From Ferruginibacter sp. (lineage in GTDB: Bacteria; Bacteroidota; Bacteroidia; Chitinophagales; Chitinophagaceae), in NCBI GenBank assembly GCA_046329685.1, contig JAXLUF010000008.1, positions 7,108-71,107 on the forward strand: DNA of 64,000 bases, read 5' to 3'. The notes beneath the pieces are model-generated. The model saw only the letters and a program-made list of their open reading frames with translations, was not told the DNA's origin and did no database searches. The position numbers and the translations under genes are program-made. Positions 11,017 through 19,858 of the stretch are shown in pieces. Numbering within the stretch: the first letter of the stretch is position 1; every line of letters starts with the position of its first letter.

Positions 11017-12257
11017 CAGTTTTGATTGGAAAGATAATACAGGGTATTGCAATTATTTTTATCAAAAATGATGCGGCTTTCATCGAGTAATTGCCGGGCG
11101 GTTACAGCCTGGTAGCGGTCGAGTTCCTTATTGATAAGGTCGGCATCGCCCAGGAGTTCATACATGGCGAGGCTGGCGGCCCGGCTCATGATGCTCATGT
11201 CTTCAAAAGCAATCATGCTCTCGGTTTTGTTCTTGATTTTTTCCAGCTCCCGCTGGCTGATGCCCTCCTGCTGCAGTTTCAGCAATTCTTCTTCCACTGC
11301 GGCTTCGGCTTCTTTTATATTTACGCCTTTCACCAGTTTACCTTCGATGGTGAGCAGGCCCGCATCCGTGCTGCCCAGGTGATAACACTCAATATTGCTG
11401 AAAAGCTTTTTTTCCTTTACCAGCGACTGGAATAAACGGGAAGAGCCGCCACCGCCCAGCACTTCGGTGATCAGGTCGGCCACATAATACCGCATATCCG
11501 TACGCGGATAAATATGCCAGCATTTGTACAAGGCATCCAGCGGTACATTGGCGCTAACTTCTCTCGAACGGGGTGCCGTCTGGCGGGGCTCCTGCGGCAG
11601 ATTGCGAACATATTTTTCGCCGGCCGGAATGGGACCAAACCATTTTTCGGCCAGCTCCCTCACCTGGCTGGTGCTGGTATTTCCGGCCACCACCAGGATA
11701 GCGTTGGAAGGAGTATAATGTTTGAAGAAAAAATTCTTTACATCATCCAGGGTGGCGTTTTCAATATGGCTCAGCTCGGCGCCGATCGTCATCCAGCGAT
11801 AAGGATGCACGGTATAAGCCAGTTCCCGCATTTTATGCCATACATCGCCATAGGGCTTATTGATATAATGTTCTTTGAATTCTTCGCAAACCACTTTGCG
11901 CTGCACATCCAGGCTTTTTTTACCAAAGGCCAGCGACAGCATGCGGTCGCTTTCGAGCCAGAAAGCTGTTTCAATGTTCTCGGCCGGGAGCTGGCAGTAA
12001 TAATTGGTAAGGTCATTGGTGGTGTAGGCATTGTTTTCGCCGCCTGCCAGCTGCAGGGGTTCATCATATACCGGTATATTGACACTGCCGCCAAACATCA
12101 GGTGTTCAAACAGGTGTGCAAAGCCTGTTTTGCCGGGGTCTTCATCACGGGCCCCCACATCATATAAAACATTTACCACCACCATCGGGGTGCTTTTATC
12201 TTCCTGTACCAATACCCGGAGGCCATTGGCCAATACAAATTTTTCGAACTGGATCAT
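11016..12257 (-). CDS. M16 family zinc peptidase, catalytic subunit
   Basis: GFAHLFEHLMFGGS (inverted HXXEH), NAYT, LESDRM. Confidence 0.92.
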   Translation of the reverse strand: MIQFEKFVLANGLRVLVQEDKSTPMVVVNVLYDVGARDEDPGKTGFAHLFEHLMFGGSVNIPVYDEPLQLAGGENNAYTTNDLTNYYCQLPAENIETAFWLESDRMLSLAFGKKSLDVQRKVVCEEFKEHYINKPYGDVWHKMRELAYTVHPYRWMTIGAELSHIENATLDDVKNFFFKHYTPSNAILVVAGNTSTSQVRELAEKWFGPIPAGEKYVRNLPQEPRQTAPRSREVSANVPLDALYKCWHIYPRTDMRYYVADLITEVLGGGGSSRLFQSLVKEKKLFSNIECYHLGSTDAGLLTIEGKLVKGVNIKEAEAAVEEELLKLQQEGISQRELEKIKNKTESMIAFEDMSIMSRAASLAMYELLGDADLINKELDRYQAVTARQLLDESRIIFDKNNCNTLYYLSNQN

Positions 12258-12383
12258 GCTGCAAATGTACGTAGCGAAACAATGCCAAGCGGAACTCTCC
12301 GGAGCCCCCTTGCCAGAACGGGCATTGCATGCTGCAGCCCGGTTTACGATCCGGCAGTGCCGGTCATAATTCAGCCGGATGCA

Positions 12384-13571
12384 CTAGCGGATGCTTTCGG
12401 TATAGATATATAGCTGCTGCAGACTGCCGTTGCGGCGGATGGTTACTTTCAGATCCTGCCCGGGGGTTTGCAGGATGTTTTTATAGGTTTGAATATTACC
12501 GGAGATATTATTTCCCACGCCCAGGATTTCATCACCGGATTTAAAATGGGCCCTGTCACCCGGCGATCCCGGTATCACATCTTCCACTATTATTTTGCCG
12601 TCGATGACATAGATGCCCAAACCGGTATAACCATAATCAAAGCTTTCGTAGAAATGGCTGTTGGGGTGCAGGTGAATTTCGTGAACGGGATAATTGAGGA
12701 TGATATTGAAACGGCGCAGCAGGTCGTTTCCGATAAGTCCGCCCACATAGGGATACGAGGTTACATTATAATCATCCTTGTACAGGTAGGTGGGCACATG
12801 CTTGAAACGGTAGGGCCCGATCTTCAGCTCCTTCACCACCGTCAGCCGCATCTGCAGCTTTCCGCCCATGCCTTCGGCCTGCGTGATTACGGGCTTGCGC
12901 TTGCTCATCAGCACACTGCTGTCGGCAGCATATTTTTCACTCATCAGGAAACAGAGCCCGGCCCCGGTATCAAAATAAAAATTAAAACCCATCCGCTGGC
13001 GGTCTTTAATACGCAACCACTGGATGGGCAGGGAGGTGAAAACCGGGTGCAGAATATGGCCGTCTTCGGGGTATTTAATGCGGCCCGGACTGTAAACGGC
13101 AATCCGGTTGCTGTCGAAATCAATTTTTACGATATAACGGCTCAGGAAACTGTAGCCGATGATCCCATCGATCTTTTCCCCGTAAACACTGGTGAGAACT
13201 GAATAATCATTTACATGAAAATTGAGGTGCTCCACGGTAAGTCCCGGAAAATGCAGCTTCCGGTCGAATGCAAAAGGAACCCGCCGCACGCCCCCGATGC
13301 CTGTAACGGTGGAGTCGGTGGAGGTGATGGGGATAGTAAACTCGGCACAGGTGGCCGAGTCGAGTGAAATACCGCCACTGCCCGTGTCCAGGATGAAGTT
13401 GAGCGAATCCGGGATATTCTCAAAACGGGCTTTGAGCATGATGACTCCCCCGCTGAACTGCCGGAACGGAAACTCTGTGATAAACCGGGCTTCGGGCTGC
13501 GACAGGATTTCCTGTGCGGCAGCCCCCAAAGAGGCGGCCAGCAAGACGAAAAGGGAGATAATTCTTTTCAT
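12384..13571 (-). CDS. Secreted aspartyl protease (tandem retropepsin-like domains) with C-terminal PDZ domain
   Basis: Signal peptide; FILDTGSG and FYFDTGAG; GIIGYSFL and GLIGNDLL; PDZ segment VIPGSPG..GDEIL. Confidence 0.82.
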   Translation of the reverse strand: MKRIISLFVLLAASLGAAAQEILSQPEARFITEFPFRQFSGGVIMLKARFENIPDSLNFILDTGSGGISLDSATCAEFTIPITSTDSTVTGIGGVRRVPFAFDRKLHFPGLTVEHLNFHVNDYSVLTSVYGEKIDGIIGYSFLSRYIVKIDFDSNRIAVYSPGRIKYPEDGHILHPVFTSLPIQWLRIKDRQRMGFNFYFDTGAGLCFLMSEKYAADSSVLMSKRKPVITQAEGMGGKLQMRLTVVKELKIGPYRFKHVPTYLYKDDYNVTSYPYVGGLIGNDLLRRFNIILNYPVHEIHLHPNSHFYESFDYGYTGLGIYVIDGKIIVEDVIPGSPGDRAHFKSGDEILGVGNNISGNIQTYKNILQTPGQDLKVTIRRNGSLQQLYIYTESIR

Positions 13572-13823
13572 TCGGTTACTACTAAGTTACGGTTTCTGAA
13601 GATTGATGCTGCGGGAAGCCGGATTTCATATTTCAGCAATCGGAAAAATCAAAAAGAAAGCGGCGTCGGGCAAAAGAATGGCGAAAAGGCTGTTAGGGGC
13701 AGTTACCGGGCCGGCCGGATATAATAATAACCCGTATATGCCCGACAATAAGAGCCGGAAAAAGAACAAGTGCAGGGATGCTGCAGATTCGTGTAACTTT
13801 ACACCCCGTTTAATAAGATTTGT

Positions 13824-14948
13824 ATGATGTTAGCTGAACTTTACCAGAGAGCCCTTCGGTTTGACTTTTTAAGCGTTGAAGAGGGTATGTTTCTTTTCGA
13901 AAAAGCTCCTTTGCCCGGGCTGATGTATGTAGCCGATGAACTGCGTAAAAAGCAGGTGCCCCATGGAAAAGTTACCTGGCAGATCGACCGCAATGTTAAC
14001 ACCACCAATGTTTGTATTGCCAACTGTAAATTCTGTAATTTTTACCGGGTGCCCGGCCATCCGGATACCTATATCACTGATTTGGAAACCTACCGGCAGA
14101 AAATAGAGGAAACCATCCGCTATGGCGGGGATCAGCTGTTACTGCAGGGCGGACATCACCCCGAACTGGGATTGCAGTTTTATGTGAAACTTTTCCGGGA
14201 ATTAAAATCGATGTTTCCCAATATCAAGCTGCACACACTGGGCCCTCCCGAAATTGCCCATATCACCAAACTCGAGAAAAGCACCCACCGCGAAGTGCTG
14301 ACAGCCCTGAAAGAAGCCGGGCTGGACAGCCTGCCAGGGGCAGGAGCGGAAATCCTTACCGACCGGGTGCGCCGGCTCATCAGCAAGGGCAAATGCGGGG
14401 CGCAGGAGTGGCTGGATATTATGCACGAAGCGCATAAGCTGAATATCACCACTTCGGCCACGATGATGTTTGGCCACGTGGAAACGCTTCGCGAACGGTT
14501 TGAACACCTGGTAAAACTGCGGGAGGTGCAAAGCCGGAAGCCGGAAGGAGCCAAGGGCTTCCTGGCTTTTATTCCCTGGACTTTCCAGGATGTGGATACC
14601 CTGCTGGCCCGTATCCGGGGTGTTCATAATCTCACTACCGCTGAAGAGTATATCCGAATGATTGCCCTCAGCCGCATCATGTTACCCAATATAAAAAATA
14701 TTCAGGCCAGCTGGCTTACCGTGGGAAAACAGGTAGCACAGCTCTGCCTGCATGCCGGCGCCAACGATTTCGGAAGTATCATGATTGAAGAAAACGTGGT
14801 GAGCGCCGCAGGGGCACCCCACCGGTTTACCAGCAAAACAATCCAGGCCGCTATCCGGGAAGCCGGATTTGAACCGCAATTGCGTAACCAGCAGTACGAG
14901 TGGAGGGAACTGCCGGCTGCCATTGAAGAACAGGTGATCAATTATTAA
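13824..14948 (+). CDS. mqnC: Cyclic dehypoxanthinyl futalosine synthase (radical SAM, futalosine menaquinone pathway)
   Basis: TNVCIANCKFC (CxxxCxxC), LLQGGHHP, PGAGAEIL, NIQASW, GANDFGSIMIEENVVSAAG. Confidence 0.88.
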   Translation: MMLAELYQRALRFDFLSVEEGMFLFEKAPLPGLMYVADELRKKQVPHGKVTWQIDRNVNTTNVCIANCKFCNFYRVPGHPDTYITDLETYRQKIEETIRYGGDQLLLQGGHHPELGLQFYVKLFRELKSMFPNIKLHTLGPPEIAHITKLEKSTHREVLTALKEAGLDSLPGAGAEILTDRVRRLISKGKCGAQEWLDIMHEAHKLNITTSATMMFGHVETLRERFEHLVKLREVQSRKPEGAKGFLAFIPWTFQDVDTLLARIRGVHNLTTAEEYIRMIALSRIMLPNIKNIQASWLTVGKQVAQLCLHAGANDFGSIMIEENVVSAAGAPHRFTSKTIQAAIREAGFEPQLRNQQYEWRELPAAIEEQVINY

Positions 14949-15069
14949 GTAAGGATATAGCTTTTATTGTGCTGAGCCATACGGGAATTCCCGTATGGCT
15001 TTATTTATTAATAACCATAGAAACCCCAACATTTTACTATAAATTTGAAACATACAAAGACAATCCTTT

Positions 15070-16386
15070 ATGAACCCAAAATCAACAGGCATGCGCATTT
15101 TGTTTGCTGGCCTGGCAATTATATGCACGCAAATACCCGTAAGGGCGCAGGACAAAGCCAAAACCCTGCACGATTTGAACACCTTGCTGGTGAATACCGT
15201 AATGGAAGACCTTTTTACGCCCCCGGTGGCCAGCAGAATTTATGCTTATCCCAATATTGCTTTTTATGAATGTATCCGTAAGGACGACCCCAGCCTGCCC
15301 TCGGTTCAGGGTAAAATAAACGGGTTAAAAAATCTGCCGGCCGTTCCGGCCATTTCCACGGATGCCTTTCTTACCGCCTGTTTCTGTTACAGCTATGTGG
15401 CGCAAAGCCTGGTCGGCTCCGAATATAAATTTGAAAACTGGCGGAAGGATTTTGCCGATTCTGTATTTCAGCATACGGATACGGTTTTGGCCAGGGCCTC
15501 GATGCGTTATGGAAAACTGATGGCCGACAGTATTATTGCCTGGACCAAAAGGGATAATTATTTTAAATCGCGGGGCCTTAACCGCTATGTATTATCCAAA
15601 GCCCCCGGCGCCTGGCAACCCACCCCGCTGGATTATGCCCCGGCCATTGAACCCCACTGGAATACCATCCGGCCCCTGCTGATGAAAACCGCCTCACAAT
15701 TCTCCCCAAAAGAGAAACTGGTGTACAGCGCTGCCAAAAACTCTATGTTTTATAAAACGATGATGGAGGTTTACAATATCGGCATCCACCTCGATTCGGC
15801 CCAGAAGGCCACAGCATTGTACTGGGATGATAATCCGAATGTGGCCGCCAATATCGGGCACCTCAGTTATTTCATTCATAAAATATCACCCGGCGGCCAC
15901 TGGGTAATGATTGCCCAGCAGGCCTGCGTTGCCAAAAACGTACCGGTAACCAAAGCGGCACAGGTATACGCCCTGACGGCCACAGCTATCTTTGATGCGT
16001 TTATCAGTTGCTGGGATGAAAAATACCGTATCAGCCTGATCCGGCCGATTACCATTATCAACCGGCTGGTAGATAAAAACTGGCAACCCTTTATTCAAAC
16101 GCCTCCCTTCCCCGAATTTACCAGCGGCCACTCAGTAACATCCAATGCGGCGGCTACGGTACTCACGGGTTTGCTGGGAGATAATTTTGCTTTTACTGAT
16201 AAAACCGAAATACCCTTCGGACAGGGAACCCGCTCGTTTGCTTCGTTCAATGAAGCCGCCAGGCAGTCGTCCGACAGCCGCGTATTGGGCGGTATCCATT
16301 ATCCCGAAACCGCCCGCATCAGCATACTTCAGGGAAGAAGCATCGGCAATAATGTACTGGCCATGCTGAACCCATCACCGAAATAA
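15070..16386 (+). CDS. Secreted vanadium-dependent haloperoxidase / PAP2-superfamily protein
   Basis: K-x6-RP (KYRISLIRP), PFPEFTSGHS, SRVLGGIHY; signal peptide. Confidence 0.85.
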   Translation: MNPKSTGMRILFAGLAIICTQIPVRAQDKAKTLHDLNTLLVNTVMEDLFTPPVASRIYAYPNIAFYECIRKDDPSLPSVQGKINGLKNLPAVPAISTDAFLTACFCYSYVAQSLVGSEYKFENWRKDFADSVFQHTDTVLARASMRYGKLMADSIIAWTKRDNYFKSRGLNRYVLSKAPGAWQPTPLDYAPAIEPHWNTIRPLLMKTASQFSPKEKLVYSAAKNSMFYKTMMEVYNIGIHLDSAQKATALYWDDNPNVAANIGHLSYFIHKISPGGHWVMIAQQACVAKNVPVTKAAQVYALTATAIFDAFISCWDEKYRISLIRPITIINRLVDKNWQPFIQTPPFPEFTSGHSVTSNAAATVLTGLLGDNFAFTDKTEIPFGQGTRSFASFNEAARQSSDSRVLGGIHYPETARISILQGRSIGNNVLAMLNPSPK

Positions 16387-16391
16387 ATATT

Positions 16392-19300
16392 ATGAAGAGA
16401 AGCAGTAAGCGCATTTTCTCCATTGTTATCGGACTGATCACTATTGGAACCCCGAAACTGGAAGCACAGCAAACAACTTCCAACGCCCTCAAACAATTTA
16501 CCCTGCTGGCTCAAACAGTTACCGGGGTAGATTTTAAAAATGATATCACGGAGGATGCCAACATGTTCCTGTACCTGTACGAGAACCTGTATGTGGGCGG
16601 CGGCGTCAGCGTGGGTGATATCAATAATGACGGACTGCCCGACCTTTATTTTTCCTCCACCCGCGGTTCCAACAAACTCTACCTGAACGAGGGTAATATG
16701 CATTTTAAGGATATTACCGTTTCGGCAGGGGTGAGCGGCGGCGAAGGTATTAAAACGGGGGTGAATATGGTGGATATCAACAATGATGGCTACCTGGATA
16801 TTTTTATCAGCAAATCGGGCTTTAAAGACCCCCGCCTGCGCACGAAAATTCTCTACATCAATAACCACAATCTTACGTTTACCGACCAGGCCGCCCAGTA
16901 CGGACTGGATGATGCCAGCTTTACCATCCAGTCGTATTTTTTTGATTACGACAATGATGGCGACCTGGATGCCTTTTTTGTAGACCATCCGGATGATTTC
17001 AGTAAAACCATGACGGTGAATGTGACCCGGCAGCCCGATGGCAAACTGGTTAGGGTAGACGATACGGTTACTGTGTATACCAGCGACCGGCTCTATGAGA
17101 ACCGTAATGGAAAATTTGTGGATGTAACCCGGAAAGCCGGGCTGATTGATCATGCATTTGGTCTCAGCGCCTCCATCAGCGACCTCAACAATGATGGCTG
17201 GCCCGATATTTATGTGGCCAATGACTTTAACAAACCCGACTTTATTTATATAAACAACCGGAACGGCACTTTTACCGATCGTATGCAGGCCTGCATCAGC
17301 CATACCTGCTTCTCGGCCATGGGCTCCGATATCGGGGATATCAATAACGACGGGCTTGAAGATATTTACGTGGTAGACATGGCCAATGACGATCCCTACC
17401 GCCGCATGCAGCTGTTTGCGGTGAACCAGAACTATGATAAATTTCAGTTACTGGTGGATTATAACCTGTATTACCAGTATCCCCGCAACTCCCTGCAGCT
17501 GAACAATGGTAACGGCACCTACAGCGAAATCTCCAATTATGCCGGCGTATCGGCTACCGAATGGAGCTGGGCGCCCCTGATTGCAGATTTTGATAATGAT
17601 GGCTGGAAAGATATTTATGTGGCCAATGGCCTGAAAAGAGATATCACCGACTGGGATTATAAGGTGTTTGTGCTCGACTCGATCATGAACCAGATGCAGC
17701 GGGGCCAGTCGGTTGACCTGAACGCCTGGTTAAAAGCCATCCCCACAGTGCGCACCAAAAACTATTTCTATCATAACAACGGTACCCTTAAATTCGATAA
17801 CTACTCGGATACCTGGTGCGATTATCCCGGGTCGATATCAAATGGTGCCGCCTATGCCGACCTGGATAATGACGGCGATCTGGACCTGGTGGTAAACAAT
17901 GTGGATGACCCGGCCTTTATTTATAAAAACAATGCCCATGAAATGGGCAACTCGCATTTTCTCCGGTTTAAATTTTTCAAAAACCATAACTCCCCGCAGG
18001 AAGTATATGGCGCTGTAGTGAAACTTACCGATGCCAACGGAATGATACAGGTGCAGCATTATGATCCGCAACGCGGTTTTATCTCCACCTGCGAACATGC
18101 GCTGCATTTTGGCACCGGCAAAGAAACATTGATTCCGAAAGTGGAAATCACCTTTCCCGGCCTGAAGCAATTGGTAATGGAGAATGTAAGCGCCGACCAG
18201 GTGCTGAGCGTATACGAAGCCGATGCAAAGCCTGTTACAGCTCCGGCCCCTGCCCTAACGAATACCGTTTTCAGGGAAGTAAGCAAGGAAAGCAGCTTTA
18301 AATATACCCAGGCTGAAAATAATTTTATCGACTTCAAACGCGAACCGCTCATACCCTATAAGTGCAGCCGCAAAGGCCCCTACTATGCCCTCGGTGATGT
18401 GAACGGCGATGGCACACCGGATATCTTTATCGGCGGCGCCGCCGGCTTTGAGGCAAAGCTGATGCTGCAAAGTGCTGATGGAAGCTTTACAGAGAAAAAA
18501 CAGGCCGTATTTACAGCGGATAAAGCCTATGAGGATATGGCGGCTGTGTTTTTTGACGCAGATGGCGATGGCGATAATGATCTATATGTGGTGAGTGGCG
18601 GTGCCGAATTTACTGCCGGCAGCCCGCAATACCAGGATCGCCTCTACCTGAATGACGGCAAAGGCAATTTCAGCAAGGCCAATGGCGCCCTGCCTCCCGA
18701 AACCTTCAATGGTTCCTGTGTGGTGGCGCTTGATTTTGACGGAGATGGCGACCAGGATCTTTTTGTGGGCGGCCATGTACTGCCGGGTAAATTTCCGCAG
18801 CCCGATAAATGCCTGCTGCTGCAAAACAACAAGGGCCGCTTTACAAATGTTACCGATCAGTTTGCCAAAGCACTGCTTACGCCCGGCATCGTAAACCAGG
18901 CCGCCTGGGCTGATATGGACGGGGATGGTAAAAACGAACTGGTTATCTGCGGAGAGTGGATGGCGCCCCAGATTTATGCAATACAGAACGGGCAGTTTGT
19001 TAAAACACAAAATACTGTAAGCCTGAATATCGGGAAAGACACCCTTATCAGTATGGATGATCTCAGCGGTTCCTGGTACACCGTTACGGCCGAAGATGTT
19101 GACGGCGATGGCGACCTTGACATGGTGCTGGGCAACCGGGGACTCAACTCTTCTGTCACCGGGGATTTTGATCATCCCTGTACGATTTATGCAAAGGATT
19201 TCGATAACAACGGCAGCTATGACGCCGTGCTGGGCTATTATAACCACGGGCAGTGCTACCCGCTCTATAGCCGGGATCAGCTGATAGACCAGATGCCGAT

Positions 19301-19772
19301 GATGCGGAAAAAATTCATCCGGTATAAAAATTATTCGGGCACCACACTGGACAACCTGTTTTCGGCCGAGCAAAAAAAGGGAATGGATACCTATCTCTGC
19401 CGCTGTTTCCAATCCGGCGTTCTGCTCAATGAAGGAAAGGGCGCTTACCGGTTTATTCCCTTCCCCGAAAAAGCTCAGTTATCCAATATCAATGACCTGG
19501 TGGTGGCCGATTTTGATAAGGATGGTAAAAAGGATGTTCTTGCCTGCGGCAACAGCAACGATCCGGCGGTGATGGTGGGTAACTATGATGCAATGGCCGC
19601 CATTTTCCTGAAGGGAGATGGTAAAGGAAATTACGAGGCGGTAAGTATACCGGCATCCGGCCTGAATGTAAGAGGGGAAGTGCGGAAAATCATTTACCAG
19701 CGTTCGGGAAATAACGGATGGGTGGCCCTGCTTAAAAACAGCGCTGCCGCACAAGTGTTTATCACCCGCTGA
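16392..19772 (+). CDS. FG-GAP/VCBS-repeat protein with ASPIC/UnbV domain (CRTAC1-like)
   Basis: Many DxNxDGxxD Ca-binding repeats; HFGTGK/VEITFP UnbV-like segment; signal peptide. Confidence 0.88.
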   Translation: MKRSSKRIFSIVIGLITIGTPKLEAQQTTSNALKQFTLLAQTVTGVDFKNDITEDANMFLYLYENLYVGGGVSVGDINNDGLPDLYFSSTRGSNKLYLNEGNMHFKDITVSAGVSGGEGIKTGVNMVDINNDGYLDIFISKSGFKDPRLRTKILYINNHNLTFTDQAAQYGLDDASFTIQSYFFDYDNDGDLDAFFVDHPDDFSKTMTVNVTRQPDGKLVRVDDTVTVYTSDRLYENRNGKFVDVTRKAGLIDHAFGLSASISDLNNDGWPDIYVANDFNKPDFIYINNRNGTFTDRMQACISHTCFSAMGSDIGDINNDGLEDIYVVDMANDDPYRRMQLFAVNQNYDKFQLLVDYNLYYQYPRNSLQLNNGNGTYSEISNYAGVSATEWSWAPLIADFDNDGWKDIYVANGLKRDITDWDYKVFVLDSIMNQMQRGQSVDLNAWLKAIPTVRTKNYFYHNNGTLKFDNYSDTWCDYPGSISNGAAYADLDNDGDLDLVVNNVDDPAFIYKNNAHEMGNSHFLRFKFFKNHNSPQEVYGAVVKLTDANGMIQVQHYDPQRGFISTCEHALHFGTGKETLIPKVEITFPGLKQLVMENVSADQVLSVYEADAKPVTAPAPALTNTVFREVSKESSFKYTQAENNFIDFKREPLIPYKCSRKGPYYALGDVNGDGTPDIFIGGAAGFEAKLMLQSADGSFTEKKQAVFTADKAYEDMAAVFFDADGDGDNDLYVVSGGAEFTAGSPQYQDRLYLNDGKGNFSKANGALPPETFNGSCVVALDFDGDGDQDLFVGGHVLPGKFPQPDKCLLLQNNKGRFTNVTDQFAKALLTPGIVNQAAWADMDGDGKNELVICGEWMAPQIYAIQNGQFVKTQNTVSLNIGKDTLISMDDLSGSWYTVTAEDVDGDGDLDMVLGNRGLNSSVTGDFDHPCTIYAKDFDNNGSYDAVLGYYNHGQCYPLYSRDQLIDQMPMMRKKFIRYKNYSGTTLDNLFSAEQKKGMDTYLCRCFQSGVLLNEGKGAYRFIPFPEKAQLSNINDLVVADFDKDGKKDVLACGNSNDPAVMVGNYDAMAAIFLKGDGKGNYEAVSIPASGLNVRGEVRKIIYQRSGNNGWVALLKNSAAAQVFITR

Positions 19773-19858
19773 AATATCTCTTTCTGAAATCGTAACCGCA
19801 GGAACTGCGGTAACCGCTATTTTTGCAGTTTACGGCTTTTTATGAGCCTTGTTACCGC

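Noticed and set aside
16329-19412. Long antisense ORFs (16329-17303, 18582-19412; also 27491-28498, 31368-32276, 55695-56618)
   Set aside because: They are shadows of well-supported genes on the opposite strand and contain no recognisable motifs.
16392-19772. Recurring GAYAAYGAYGG-like DNA repeats as a possible array
   Set aside because: They encode FG-GAP Ca-binding protein repeats, not a CRISPR or non-coding array.
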